A stretch of DNA of 61,260 bases from Octopus bimaculoides. Taxonomy: Eukaryota. The translations under genes and the position numbers were made by a program. Positions 37,440-51,185 of the stretch are shown here, in pieces. Under the pieces are notes generated by a model. The model was not told where the DNA came from and made no database searches. It worked only from the letters and a program-made list of their open reading frames with translations. How positions within the stretch are numbered: position 1 is the stretch's first letter; the number at the start of each line of letters is the position of its first letter. Location: NCBI RefSeq assembly GCF_001194135.2, contig NC_068989.1:52597487-52658746 (forward strand), in the 5' to 3' direction.

Positions 37440-38084
37440 GAAGATATTCGTACATATTTCGTTATACATATGTGTGCAAATATACCCGACGTCCTTCCAT
37501 AGAAATACCCTCATTTAGAAAGAATTCCATGAAGATTTTTCAAAAGTCACTAAAAATGAAAGGTAGAAACATAAACATCATGTTTTCCTAAATAAAATAT
37601 GAGATTATCTGAAATATTGTATTTATAACATGATAGTGCTCTAAACTGTGACATAACCTTCGTAACGTTGAATTGTATTCTCGAAATAAATATAATTTTC
37701 TGTTTTTCTTGTGTATTCTCTTTTCTTGTCTTTTTTTTTCAGAGTATACATGTCTTAAAAAGTAGCATATCATTTGAAAAGTTGAAAATAAAATGGAAAT
37801 AATTCTATAGAAATAGAAAAATTATTGGTGTTATTGGATTTAACTTATTGAAATTTTCCTTCCCTGAAGTGCAGTAATTTTACACGCACACACACACACC
37901 ACAACAGAAAACATTCATATATTTGTGTACGTGTAAAAAAAAATGTGGATAAAGTAATCAATAATAAATAAGGTTGCCCAATGTAGCAGTAAACAAGGAG
38001 TAGAAATTATGAAATTTCGTGTCACGTCACAAGTAGATAGTAATTGTATACGTTACACACACGCATAAATATATATCAAAAAGA

Positions 38085-38330
38085 ATCATGGGCTCATCCT
38101 GAGCCATAGGTTCATAAGGCAGGTTTCCTGGATTTTGTGCTGTAAATATCTCCCCTTGGATGGAACACCGATCCGTCGCAGGATTACTTATTATTTTTGC
38201 CGCTGGAGTGGGCTGGAGTAACGGGATAGGAAGTATTTTGTTCAAAATACACTGCATCACGCGGTCCAGGAACGGAGTTCACAATATTTTCGACCATGAA
38301 TTCAATACCCTAAGAATTAAGCCACGCAAA
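38085..38330 (-). mobile_element. SINE family C-related copy
   Basis: Minus head TGCGTGGCTTAATTCTTAGGGTATTG..TTCCTGGACCGCGTGATGCAGTGTATTTTGAACAAAATACTT. Confidence 0.65.
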
Positions 38331-38561
38331 CCCAACTATTTGAAACTATATCTTAATAATATCTCTTAAAACAATGCAATAAGATTATTTTCAATTAATT
38401 TATGCACATGAAACTAAATCGTTGATGTTTCTTCTCTAGTCAATGATTTTTGTCTCTGTCTCAATTTCACTTCAACACTTCTTTTTGTGTAGTCCTATAT
38501 ACCTATTTTGTTTCCATAAAAATAAGCGACAATCACACTCACATACACACATTCTTTTATT

Positions 38562-38868
38562 ACTTTACTTGTTTCGGTCATTTGACGGCGGCCATGCTGA
38601 AGCAGTGCCTTGAGTTGAACAAATCAACCCCAGAACTTCTTCATTGTAAGCCTAGTATTTATGCTATCGGTCTCTTTTACGGGGACGTAAACACACCAAC
38701 ATCGGTTGTCAAGCGATGGTGGTGGAGGGACAAACACAGACACACAACCACACACATATATACATACATACGGGCTTTTTCGGTTTCCATTTAGCAAATC
38801 TACTCACAAGGTTTTGGTCGGCCCGTGGCTATTGTAGAAGACACTCGCCCAAAGTGCCAAGCAGTCGA
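38562..38868 (-). mobile_element. SINE family B
   Basis: TACTTGTTTCGGTCATTTGACGGCGGCCATGCTG..ACACCAACATCGGTTGTCAAGCGATG..GTAGAAGACACTCGCCCAAAGTGCC. Confidence 0.85.
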
Positions 38869-38874
38869 ACTGAA

Positions 38875-39456
38875 AAAATAGACGTCAAAAGTCACTATTA
38901 CCACCATAAATTTTCCGATAATAACGCACCACATAATAGGCTAGGAAAATTTTTTAAAATCTACATATGCTCATTAAAGATCTAAAAATGAATAATATTC
39001 TGAAAACATAAATTCATCAAATGCAAAAGCCAACGCAAATCGCTGAAAAGACTTCTGACAACCACGAAACCGATGTGAAACATGCCCCAACATACTGGAA
39101 GGTTCGGAATTCCTCTTCAAACAAGGGGAGAGGTTCACAATTAAAACAAACTTTACTTGTGCTTCGGAGAATATAAATCATGTTATAATATGTTCGGGTT
39201 GTGGACATAACTATATAGCACAAACAAGTATGGCATTTAGACTGAGAACCACACTGCATAAGGAATAGATCCATTTACCACAGTACAGATAGATTCTTTG
39301 AGTGAAAACATAGAGAAATGTGCAGCTAGTGTTCAACCAAATTTCACAGTTTTCCCCATCAACCAATGGAAGGAAACAATTTCTGTACTAGAGCGTTTAA
39401 ATAAAGGAAATTTATTTCTCGAAAAATACAAAACACACCTAAATATGAAAGCATAA
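38875..39456 (+). mobile_element. Neptune-like PLE 3' remnant (CxxC linker + GIY-YIG)
   Basis: RCETCPNILEGSEFLFKQGERFTIKTNFTCASENINHVIICSGCGHNYIAQTSMAFRLRTTLHKE..NFTVFP..LFLEKYKTHLN. Confidence 0.85.
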
Positions 39457-39725
39457 CCAACATTGATCTCAGTATATATTTGAATTCAGAAACACATACC
39501 CATCATTGTACATATTTCATCTCAATACTTTAGCTTTTGTGCTTTTGTATATTTATGTATTCCCCCTGCCATCCTCAAAAAAGAGCAATCCCCCTTCCCC
39601 CTTCGATTTTTCTCCTCGCTGATTCATTCACAAAGTTCTATACTTATATTATGTGTTTAAAAAGATATTTAAATTGTGTTAACTGTGTGCGTTTTCCTTC
39701 TTTTATTATTATATATATATATATA

Positions 39726-39758
<33 letters not shown>

Positions 39759-40643
39759 NNNNNNNNNNNNNNNNNNNNNNNNNNNNNNNNNNNNNNNNNN
39801 NNNNNNNNNNNNNNNNNNNNNNNNNNNNNNNNNNNNNNNNNNNNNNNNNNNNNNNNNNNNNNNNNNNNNNNNNNNNNNNNNNNNNNNNNNNNNNNNNNNN
39901 NNNNNNNNNNNNNNNNNNNNNNNNNNNNNNNNNNNNNNNNNNNNNNNNNNNNNNNNNNNNNNNNNNNNNNNNNNNNNNNNNNNNNNNNNNNNNNNNNNNN
40001 NNNNNNNNNNNNNNNNNNNNNNNNNNNNNNNNNNNNNNNNNNNNNNNNNNNNNNNNNNNNNNNNNNNNNNNNNNNNNNNNNNNNNNNNNNNNNNNNNNNN
40101 NNNNNNNNNNNNNNNNNNNNNNNNNNNNNNNNNNNNNNNNNNNNNNNNNNNNNNNNNNNNNNNNNNACTTTTTAAGGAAACTTTCACGAAATAATCGCTT
40201 ATATCTTAATTTGTAGAGTGGGTGTATGTAAAGATCTGTCTTGTAAATTACGATTACAAAGATATTTGTAGGCAAAATTTTTGGAACCGGGTGGCGGGTA
40301 GGAGTTTCTGGAAAATTGAATTTCGGATCAAACGGCCCACATAAGTTGGAATTTCTCCATTTTGACGGGTATTTTTCCCAATGACTTTTACCAAAGTCCT
40401 CAGAATGACGGAGGAATCTTTTCACTCCCACCGCTCCTTCACCACCCCAGTGCTATTTTACTATCCGTGAGAGAAACATTTTCAGCGTAAAAATAAAATC
40501 GTTAATAATTTCAGAGGAATATGTGTGATTTAAGGGAGATCTGGCAGTTGTTTCTAGGACATGCCAAAGCCTCTCTCCTCTTTTCTTTTGCACTTACGCA
40601 TCTATTCATATTTTTCAATACTTTTCTCCCCTAACATACAAAT

Positions 40644-40888
40644 TTTATGGAACGATGATATCAAAGTAACACACATGTAGTCCCAATCGAGCGAGGCCAT
40701 GTTATGTGTGTGTGTAAGAAAAAACACCTTAAACCATCTTTAGTGTTCATATTAATTTGTCAAATGTAATTTTATGGAATGATAATATCAAAGTAACACA
40801 CATGTAGCCCCAACCGAGCGAGGCTGTGCTGTGAGTGTGTGTAAGAAAAAAAAAACACTTTAAAGCATATTAATCTGTCAAATGCAAT
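40644..40888 (+). repeat. Local tandem duplication, 127-bp period, two copies
   Basis: TTTATGGAA..ATATCAAAGTAACACACATGTAG.CCCAA.CGAGCGAGGC starts at both 40644 and 40771. Confidence 0.9.
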
Positions 40889-43357
40889 ACTTATTGCTTC
40901 ACGTTATTTTGAATTATTCAGGTTCAAGAAGGTTGTCCGCAATATTTGCTTGTAACTTTATAAATTCTTTACATAGTGATTTGAAATATTGTCAGTGGGT
41001 GCTTTATATACCACTGGTTTATTATGTAATTTTAACTGATCTTGCTGAGTAAATTTGACTTTTACGGGCAGGTAAATTTAATTAATAGTTCTAAAAGCAA
41101 TAATATTATGGATAAACGCTAAAATTGAAATTCTAAATGCATCTTGCCTATTTGATTTGTTACTAAAATTATCCCAGATGGCAACCGATAAAAATTTTGC
41201 CACTTTTCAAGATAAGGTACATTAAGTAGAATTAATTAAAATACAGGCATAATCGATACAGGATTTTATTGTTTCGGTAATTTTTTCGTACCTCGGTGTG
41301 AAATTATTTTATTCCACAGTTTTTTTTTCGGTGCATTTAACGTATCTGACCTCCAAACCAGCTGCAAATCACTTTTTTTCCAGAAAAGAAAGGCGGGAGG
41401 GGGGAGGGAACTCGATGTTTCCCACTAAAAGAGTTTTGTTTTGCGGGTCTTTTTTCTTTATTGGAATATTTTGCATACTTTCAACGAATGTGATATCGAA
41501 ATCACGCGTAAACGGCACCTTTTCCCAGAAAAGGGAAGACTTAGCTGCTANNNNNNNNNNNNNNNNNNNNNNNNNNNNNNNNNNNNNNNNNNNNNNNNNN
41601 NNNNNNNNNNNNNNNNNNNNNNNNNNNNNNNNNNNNNNNNNNNNNNNNNNNNNNNNNNNNNNNNNNNNNNNNNNNNNNNNNNNNNNNNNNNNNNNNNNNN
41701 NNNNNNNNNNNNNNNNNNNNNNNNNNNNNNNNNNNNNNNNNNNNNNNNNNNNNNNNNNNNNNNNNNNNNNNNNNNNNNNNNNNNNNNNNNNNNNNNNNNN
41801 NNNNNNNNNNNNNNNNNNNNNNNNNNNNNNNNNNNNNNNNNNNNNNNNNNNNNNNNNNNNNNNNNNNNNNNNNNNNNNNNNNNNNNNNNNNNNNNNNNNN
41901 NNNNNNNNNNNNNNNNNNNNNNNNNNNNNNNNNNNNNNNNNNNNNNNNNNNNNNNNNNNNNNNNNNNNNNNNNNNNNNNNNNNNNNNNNNNNNNNNNNNN
42001 NNNNNNNNNNNNNNNNNNNNNNNNNNNNNNNNNNNNNNNNNNNNNNNNNNNNNNNNNNNNNNNNNNNNNNNNNNNNNNNNNNNNNNNNNNNNNNNNNNNN
42101 NNNNNNNNNNNNNTATATGCATGCATGCATACATATATACACACATTCATGCATTTGCATATGTGCATATATGCATTCATGAGTCTATCATTGTATGTGA
42201 GGATATATATGTTTTTCCCTAGCTTTATGTTTGCTGATATAAAGATCTCTACCGAATTTCAACATTTTATGTAAAACAATTTTAACAGACTTTCCATGCG
42301 TAGAAATCGATAAAAAGTATACAAGACTGAAAGAATTAGGAAAGTCAATTTCATCACCTCACGCTCTTAATCCAGTGACACAAGACTGAGAACGAGAAGC
42401 TGTTTCTATATGTATGTGAATGTGTTTGCGTGTACGTGTATGTTCATGTATGTGTGTGTGCATGTGCATGTGTGTGTATGTATGTGTATGTGTATGTGTG
42501 TATGTACATGTATGTGCGTGTACGCGCGCACGTGTGTGCTTACATACACGTTATGCCGTTAAATCCAGAAGTTACCTGTTCAGGTGTGTAAGTTAAAATC
42601 AGGTCTGGAGTGAAATATAACGCACACCTACACATGTACGTGTATATGTGTGCATGTTTGCGTGTACTTTTATGCGAGTGTGTGTTTGTGCTTATGTAGT
42701 CATATATGACGTGTATATTCGAGATATTATGTAATTGAGATTTTAACATTTTCTATACGGATTCATTTTATAGCCTTACTTTAAGAAAAAACAAACAAAC
42801 TTTCGAAATACATTTAGTTGTTAAAGTTTTATCTACAGTACACAATAACATTTCTTCCCGTTTTCCTTAATTATTCTTCTCATAAATTACCCTGTGTTTT
42901 CAAGAAATTGCTATAAAATTCCATTGTTATTAATATAATGCCTCTATATAATGCTCCACCGTTTAAAATATTTATATCAGTCGACAGGTAGTTACAGATA
43001 TTTCTATAGAGAATTCTATGCAACGCTTGCTAGAATTTTGTTCACAGGTTTGTTGTAAATGAAAGTGTAAAAGTGATTGTATTGTGGAATTAAAGAGAAA
43101 TATTAGTTAAGTATCGTGTTTTATTGCTTCTTGTGATGAACGTATCATCTTGTTTTAATTGTTGCATGAAGCGTAATTCGGGAATTCTTTAAACATTAAC
43201 CTGTTCGAAGCTACCGCAATTACTTGCAACAGCAGCAGCAGCAGCAGCAGCAACAATAACTTTGATAGTATTCGTAGTGCTGGTGATGGTGGTGATGGTG
43301 GTGGTGGTGGTGGTTGTGGTGGTGGTAGTAGTAGTAGTAGCAGTAGTAGTAGTAGTT

Positions 43358-43390
<33 letters not shown>

Positions 43391-43514
43391 ATGTTTGTGG
43401 TGGTGGTGGTGATGGTGATGATGGTGGTAGTGGTGGTCGAACTGCTACTATTGCTGCTACTGATGCTGCTGTCTGCTGGTGGTATTGGTGGTGGTGGTGG
43501 TGGTGGTGGTAGTT

Positions 43515-43557
<43 letters not shown>

Positions 43558-43607
43558 CAATAGCGGGGTGTAGTTATTGATGCCGGTTGTATTTGTTTTT
43601 ACTCGTT

Positions 43608-43790
43608 TCCACATGTGGCTATGCTAGGGAACCGCCTTGAAGGATTGTTCATTTTTTTTGTTCGAACGAATCAACCTCACTACTTATTTGCTCTGTCCTT
43701 TTTACGGAGAGGTAAACACACCAGCATCGGTTGCCAAACGGTGATAGGGAACAAAGACAGATACACAGATAACATATACACATACATCCC
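43608..43790 (-). mobile_element. SINE family B, degraded 3' half
   Basis: TGTGGCTATGCTAGGGAACCGCCTT..TAAACACACCAGCATCGGTTGCCAAACG. Confidence 0.65.
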
Positions 43791-44094
43791 GTATTATTCC
43801 ATCGTGACTAGTCCATGTGAAATTGTTAAAGTAATTTAGAAATCTTTTTCACGGGTATATTAGGACATAGAGATTGCTCTTGTAGCTAACTTTTAATGCG
43901 CAGGCGCTGGCCCTAGCTGAAGAAGCTGGAATTTCAGTTCAGGCCCATTTGAGTACTTCTCTGTGTCTTCTATACTGAGCTTATTTTACTTTCACCCGCT
44001 GGGGTCTAATATCTAAGACACACACACACACACACACACGCACACATATATATATAAATGTATGTATCTATGTATGTGTGTATGTATGTATGTA

Positions 44095-44352
44095 TATACC
44101 ACCACCACACCATACTAATCATGTCTGTCGGGCATGTGGAAGGGAGTGTGATTCAGCAGGAGGACCTAAACGACACGAAAAGGTACATGGAGCCCAATTA
44201 CAACAGCCAGCTATTGCCAGTAAAAGTTTTGGATGCCAACTCTGTGCAAGACATTGTAGATCTTTGGCTGGGCTAAAAAGTCACATTCGATCACAGCACC
44301 GTTAATTTAAGCTTCGTGCTGTGGCCATAATAGATAACGAGGGGGCAGCCAT
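44095..44352 (+). mobile_element. RTE-clade LINE extreme 3' end with two C2H2-like fingers
   Basis: CRACGRECDSAGGPKRHEKVH and CQLCARHCRSLAGLKSHIRSQH*, followed by an RTE-like 3' end GTGGCCATAATAGATAACGAGGGGGCAGCCATC and a (TATG)n tail. Confidence 0.65.
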
Positions 44353-46489
44353 CATGTATGTATGTATGTATGTATATATATANNNNNNNNNNNNNNNNNN
44401 NNNNNNNNNNNNNNNNNNNNNNNNNNNNNNNNNNNNNNNNNNNNNNNNNNNNNNNNNNNNNNNNNNNNNNNNNNNNNNNNNNNNNNNNNNNNNNNNNNNN
44501 NNNNNNNNNNNNNNNNNNNNNNNNNNNNNNNNNNNNNNNNNNNNNNNNNNNNNNNNNNNNNNNNNNNNNNNNNNNNNNNNNNNNNNNNNNNNNNNNNNNN
44601 NNNNNNNNNNNNNNNNNNNNNNNNNNNNNNNNNNNNNNNNNNNNNNNNNNNNNNNNNNNNNNNNNNNNNNNNNNNNNNNNNNNNNNNNNNNNNNNNNNNN
44701 NNNNNNNNNNNNNNNNNNNNNNNNNNNNNNNNNNNNNNNNNNNNNNNNNNNNNNNNNNNNNNNNNNNNNNNNNNNNNNNNNNNNNNNNNNNNNNNNNNNN
44801 NNNNNNNNNNNNNNNNNNNNNNNNNNNNNNNNNNNNNNNNNNNNNNNNNNNNNNNNNNNNNNNNNNNNNNNNNNNNNNNNNNNNNNNNNNNNNNNNNNNN
44901 NNNNNNNNNNNNNNNNNNNNNNNNNNNNNNNNNNNNNNNNNNNNNNNNNNNNNNNNNNNNNNNNNNNNNNNNNNNNNNNNNNNNNNNNNNNNNNNNNNNN
45001 NNNNNNNNNNNNNNNNNNNNNNNNNNNNNNNNNNNNNNNNNNNNNNNNNNNNNNNNNNNNNNNNNNNNNNNNNNNNNNNNNNNNNNATCCATATACACAC
45101 ACATATGTATATGTATATATACTCATATATATATAATATAATAAATGCGAAAACTAATTTCTGTGTGTCAGTGTGTCACACTTTGACCCCATCTCTTACT
45201 ATTCATTGAGACTTTCTCATGTCAGATGAGAGTAATAGTAGGCATAGAAACGGTAAGGGTGGTGGAGAAGACAGAGGGTGAGAGATAGAGAGATAGAGAG
45301 AGGGAGAGAGAGAGAGAGAGGGAGAGAGAGAGAGGGAGAGAGAGAGAGAGAAAGAGATGGAGAAAGCGGAAGATGATGTACAAATTTCTTGGACAGAAAT
45401 CCCTGTGGTCAGCATACTGAATTAACTACTGAACACTAAAATTTTTATTTTATTTTTGCTTTCTTTAATACATACATACATATACATAATACAAATAATA
45501 AATGAGTATATGCATATATATGTACATGTACGTACATACTTACATCTACCTGTATATATAGAAGCATATCTGGGTACAGGACATTGTAAACAAAGCGTAG
45601 ACAAAATGATAAACGAGTACAGAAAACACACAGGTCACATAGAGAACATCTACTTCATAAGCTGCCCCCATTCTAACACAGGCGTTAGAAGAGTAGGGCA
45701 GGACGCATCGTTAAAACGGCTCTTCCCACGGACCACAAATAAAATTTAAATTAAAATTAATTCAAATTGAATTTGTAACGTGGAGGAATGTAGTGGCGGA
45801 CAAAACAAAACAGGAAAACGAAACAGAGAGAACAAACAAGAAGGCTATACGGCCAGACGTGAAAAAATATATGTGCTGAACGCTGTGAAGCAACGAACTG
45901 GAAAGGAGACGAATATTTGTTCGTGCAAGCTTCGCGAAACTATGTAAAAGAAAGATAAATAGTCAGACACGTGACCATGGAAGGGTAGGAGNNNNNNNNN
46001 NNNNNNNNNNNNNNNNNNNNNNNNNNNNNNNNNNNNNNNNNNNNNNNNNNNNNNNNNNNNNNNNNNNNNNNNNNNNNNNNNNNNNNNNNNNNNNNNNNNN
46101 NNNNNNNNNNNNNNNNNNNNNNNNNNNNNNNNNNNNNNNNNNNNNNNNNNNNNNNNNNNNNNNNNNNNNNNNNNNNNNNNNNNNNNNNNNNNNNNNNNNN
46201 NNNNNNNNNNNNNNNNNNNNNNNNNNNNNNNNNNNNNNNNNNNNNNNNNNNNNNNNNNNNNNNNNNNNNNNNNNNNNNNNNNNNNNNNNNNNNNNNNNNN
46301 NNNNNNNNNNNNNNNNNNNNNNNNNNNNNNNNNNNNNNNNNNATATACATATACATATACATACACACACACATATATATGTATATATATTTATAAAGTA
46401 AACTTTAATTGAAATACAGTTTCCCCAAAATTAAACATATCTAATATAATAAATGTGAATGTCAGTGTATCCCACATTTTCAACTGGCA

Positions 46490-46660
46490 GCACAAGACCT
46501 CAAATTTTGGGAGAAGGATTACGTCGATTTCATCGACCCTGAAAGAATGAAATGCAAAGACGACTTCGGCGGAATAGGAACTCAAAACCTAATGTCGGAC
46601 GAAATACCGCTAAGCAATTTGGCCGGCGTGCTAACGATTCTGCGAGCTCACAGCCTTGAT
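46490..46660 (-). mobile_element. SINE family A
   Basis: CAAATTTTGGGAG..TGAATGCAAAGACGACTTCGGCGGAAT..GGCGTGCTAACGATTCTGCGAGCTCAC. Confidence 0.8.
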
Positions 46661-47090
46661 ATAATATAATAATATGATATATGTGATCATCAGTGTGTCA
46701 GTGTGTCACACTTTTTAAACTTTACTCCTAGAGGCCGTAGCACAACGTATCATACCGTTTTGGAATCAGGCTGATTCCGTGAGTAAATTTTAAAAAATTC
46801 CAGGCTGAATCCGTTCTTGCAATCCTGAAATTTTTGATGTTTTCAGTACTGTAATTGTTTACGGCGATTGTTTTTTACATGTTTTTTTTGCGACGAATAT
46901 GATCATCATTGGAGTATAACTCTGGAGGAAACCATTGCAACAAATTCTCTAAAACAAGTCAGCGATATCTTTGCAGGTCTTCCCATTCAGGGTTAGTTGC
47001 TTCAAAGCTGACACGTCTGTTTCTTTATTATAACTCATTTTGCGCTTTATAAAGTATTTATAAATCGTTTTTTGCTATTTTTGTTTAGAG

Positions 47091-48173
47091 ATGGATAAGT
47101 CGGAAATTCGTACAGTTTTGAAATATGGAAATACAGCATCACAGACAGCTCGGAATATTAATGGAGTATTTCGTTCTAATGTTATTACACAGTAGACAGT
47201 ATCAAATTAGTTTGCAAAATTTCGTTCTGGTAACTTTGACCTCACAAATGAGTAACATGGTCGACCAGAAACAAAGGTGGATAATGACGAACTGAAAACC
47301 ACTGTCGAGTCAGATCCACCTCAAAGTGCCCGTCAATTATTGTTGTTGCATGGTGTTAGCAAGTAAACAATATTGACTCATCTAGTTCAAATCGGTAAAG
47401 TGAAAAAGTTGGATAAGTGGGTTCCATATGAACTCAATGAAAATCAGAAACAGCAACGTTCAGAAGCATTATGCTACTTTCTCGTCAGAAAAATGAATTA
47501 TTTTTGAATCGAATTGTAACATGTGATGAGAAATGGATCCAATGCAACAACCGTATACGTTGAGCTCAATGTTTGAACAAATACGAGCCACCAAAACACA
47601 GTCCAAAATGCAAAATTCATCAAAAGAAGCTGATGGTGTGCGTTTGGTGGTCTAGCGGAGTTGTGATCCATTATGATTTCATTAAACTTGGCTCATCAAT
47701 CAAGGCCGAAGTATACTGCAGCCAACTAGACCGAATGATGCAGACACTTACAAAAAAACAGCCTAGAATAGTCAACAGATCCACTCCTATTTCATTGCAA
47801 GACAACGCCAGACTACACGTCACAAAAATGACATTGCCGAAACTACAGGAGAGTTGGAATTGGAAGTTCTCCATCATCCACCGTACTCATCTGATCTTGT
47901 CCCCACTGATTAATACTTCTTCCAGAATTTGGATAACATTTTGATAGAAAAATAATTAGTTCCGACGATGCTGTGAAATAGGCCTTCCAAGATTTTATTG
48001 ACTCTAGATTGCCAGGCTTTTAACAGTTCTGAGCTGGACAAGCTACTGATGAAAAGGCAAAAGTGTATTGACAATATGGGCGCGTACTGTGATGAAAAAA
48101 TTATTTCTTGTATATATAATACATTAGGAAACATTTTTTTCTCATTTCTACAAATTTCATACTTGACCTAATA
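47091..48173 (+). mobile_element. Mariner transposase pseudogene with right TIR
   Basis: MDKSEIR..GRPETKVDNDELK..KLDKWVPYELNENQK..IVTCDEKW..KKLMVCVWW..LQDNARLH..PYSSDLVPTD. Right TIR reads TATTAGGTCAAGTATGAAATTTG on the reverse strand at 48151-48173. The left TIR was not recognised. Confidence 0.9.
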
Positions 48174-48181
48174 TATATGTA

Positions 48182-48219
<38 letters not shown>

Positions 48220-49034
48220 CGTGCGTGCGTGTGTGTGTGTGTATGCGCGCGTGTGTGATGAATNNNNNNNNNNNNNNNNNNNNNNNNNNNNNNNNNNNNN
48301 NNNNNNNNNNNNNNNNNNNNNNNNNNNNNNNNNNNNNNNNNNNNNNNNNNNNNNNNNNNNNNNNNNNNNNNNNNNNNNNNNNNNNNNNNNNNNNNNNNNN
48401 NNNNNNNNNNNNNNNNNNNNNNNNNNNNNNNNNNNNNNNNNNNNNNNNNNNNNNNNNNNNNNNNNNNNNNNNNNNNNNNNNNNNNNNNNNNNNNNNNNNN
48501 NNNNNNNNNNNNNNNNNNNNNNNNNNNNNNNNNNNNNNNNNNNNNNNNNNNNNNNNNNNNNNNNNNNNNNNNNNNNNNNNNNNNNNNNNNNNNNNNNNNN
48601 NNNNNNNNNNNNNNNNNNNNNNNNNNNNNNNNNNNNNNNNNNNNNNNNNNNNNNNNNNNNNNNNNNNNNNNNNNNNNNNNNNNNNNNNNNNNNNNNNNNN
48701 NNNNNNNNNNNNNNNNNNNNNNNNNNNNNNNNNNNNNNNNNNNNNNNNNNNNNNNNNNNNNNNNNNNNNNNNNNNNNNNNNNNNNNNNNNNNNNNNNNNN
48801 NNNNNNNNNNNNNNNNNNNNNNNNNNNNNNNNNNNNNNNNNNNNNNNNNNNNNNNNNNNNNNNNNNNNNNNNNNNNNNNNNNNNNNNNNNNNNNNNNNNN
48901 NNNNNNNNNNNNNNNNNNNNNNNNNNNNNNNNNNNNNNNNNNNNNNNNNNNNNNNNNNNNNNNNNNNNNNNNNNNNNNNNNNNNNNNNNNNNNNNNNNNN
49001 NNNNNNNNNNNNNNNNNNNNNNNNNNNNNNNNNN

Positions 49035-49099
<65 letters not shown>

Positions 49100-49553
49100 T
49101 GTGTGTTGGTAAGAAACTCTCAAGAGAGCTGAATAACAGGTCTTCTGAGAAGTCCCCCTTCGGCATGTGTGTGTGTGTATTTGTGTGTATCAATCTTACT
49201 ATAGTGAATGTTTAGACGTTAACTACATAGAGAAATAATTTTGCCCTTAGCATGGGAATTATTAGATATCGGTTCATGAAATTATAATTTCCAATCACAA
49301 GCAAAATATTTTTAATAATTTGGTTTGTAATAGTTCAAATCTTATTTCGTCACAATACCTGTAACTACACACACTTTTACCAGTGTCTGTCATTACTGTA
49401 AAACCGCATTTGTGTAGTAATGACCTCGTAGAAAAAGGAGATTTGGGATTCCAACGCTCAGTAGTAAACACCCGAAGGCATTGGAAAACAAGCCAGTACA
49501 TCGATTCTATGAGATTCATGATTAAATTTTCCCAAATTAATTCTCTCCATTCC

Positions 49554-49594
<41 letters not shown>

Positions 49595-49608
49595 AGATAG
49601 ATAGATTC

Positions 49609-49659
<51 letters not shown>

Positions 49660-49741
49660 TATGTATATGTTTGTGTGCGTATGTGTATGTGCTTGTGTGT
49701 ATGTGTGTGTGCATGTGTGTGCGTGTGTGTGTATGTGTGTA

Positions 49742-50020
49742 AGGCGCATGGCTCAGTGGTTAGAGCATCGAGCTTACGATCGTGAGTTTGTGCGTTCGAT
49801 TCCCGGACTGGGCTGTGTGTTGTGTTCTTGAGCAAGACACTTTATTTCACGTTGCTCCGGTTCACTCAGATGACGTCACTGGGGCCAAACCGTATCGGCT
49901 CTTGCCTTTCCGTTGGATAACATTGGGTGGCGTGCCGAGAGGAGGCTGGTATGCATAGGCGACTGCTGGTCTTCTATAAAAACAACCATGATTGTGTGTT
50001 TGCACAGCCTGGGTTGTAAA
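49742..50020 (+). mobile_element. SINE family C (tRNA head + CORE-like domain)
   Basis: GGCGCATGGCTCAGTGGTTAGAGC (A box), GTTCGATTCCC (B box) and TGTTCTTGAGCAAGACACTT. Confidence 0.85.
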
Positions 50021-50756
50021 ACACACACATACAAATACACATACACACACATACACATGTTTTTATATGTATGTATAAAATGTAATATATANNNNNNNNN
50101 NNNNNNNNNNNNNNNNNNNNNNNNNNNNNNNNNNNNNNNNNNNNNNNNNNNNNNNNNNNNNNNNNNNNNNNNNNNNNNNNNNNNNNNNNNNNNNNNNNNN
50201 NNNNNNNNNNNNNNNNNNNNNNNNNNNNNNNNNNNNNNNNNNNNNNNNNNNNNNNNNNNNNNNNNNNNNNNNNNNNNNNNNNNNNNNNNNNNNNNNNNNN
50301 NNNNNNNNNNNNNNNNNNNNNNNNNNNNNNNNNNNNNNNNNNNNNNNNNNNNNNNNNNNNNNNNNNNNNNNNNNNNNNNNNNNNNNNNNNNNNNNNNNNN
50401 NNNNNNNNNNNNNNNNNNNNNNNNNNNNNNNNNNNNNNNNNNNNNNNNNNNNNNNNNNNNNNNNNNNNNNNNNNNNNNNNNNNNNNNNNNNNNNNNNNNN
50501 NNNNNNNNNNNNNNNNNNNNNNNNNNNNNNNNNNNNNNNNNNNNNNNNNNNNNNNNNNNNNNNNNNNNNNNNNNNNNNNNNNNNNNNNNNNNNNNNNNNN
50601 NNNNNNNNNNNNNNNNNNNNNNNNNNNNNNNNNNNNNNNNNNNNNNNNNNNNNNNNNNNNNNNNNNNNNNNNNNNNNNNNNNNNNNNNNNTTAGAGATAT
50701 ATATATGTATGTATATGTATAAATTTAAGGAATGGAGTGAACGCATGTTATAACTG

Positions 50757-50856
50757 CATACTTTATTCCGACATATGTTTCGAAGAATTACAATTTATGC
50801 GATCCATAGGAATCGTCGATGTTAAAAATGTAAACTTCTCCTCAGGGAAATGTATG
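50757..50856 (-). ncRNA. Type I hammerhead ribozyme, canonical core, long helix II
   Basis: Minus strand reads CATAC-AT-TTCC-CTGAGGA-GAAG..CTTC-GAAAC-ATAT-GTC/GGAA-TAAA-GTATG. All core nucleotides are present, the triplet is GUC, and helix I is bipartite. Confidence 0.82.
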
Positions 50857-50949
50857 GGGATCATCTTAAACGTAAGACATTATGACCGAGTATGAGAACT
50901 ATAGTTGGATAAGGTTATAACGTAATTCATTTGAAAAAACCGTTAGAGA

Positions 50950-51185
50950 TATATATATGTATGTATGTGTGAGTATATGTTTGTGTGTCTGTGTCCCCTC
51001 AACATCGCTTGACAATCGATGCTGGTGTGTTTACGTCTCCGTAACTTATCGGTTCGGCTAAAGAGCCCGATAGAATAAGTACTAGGCTTACAAAGAATAA
51101 GTCCTGGGGTCGATTAGCTCGACTAAAAGGCGGTGCTCCAACATGGCCACAATCAAATGACTGAAACACGTAAAAAAGTAAAAGA
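50950..51185 (+). mobile_element. SINE family B 3' half
   Basis: CATCGCTTGACAATCGATGCTGGTGTGTTTACG..GATAGAATAAGTACTAGGCTTACAAAGAATAAGTCCTGGGGTCG. Confidence 0.88.

Noticed and set aside
44078-44305. Two C2H2-like fingers as a member of the cephalopod zinc-finger gene expansion
   Set aside because: There is no TGEKP linker, only two fingers, and the stop is followed by an RTE-type 3' end and microsatellite tail. It is better explained as a LINE terminus.
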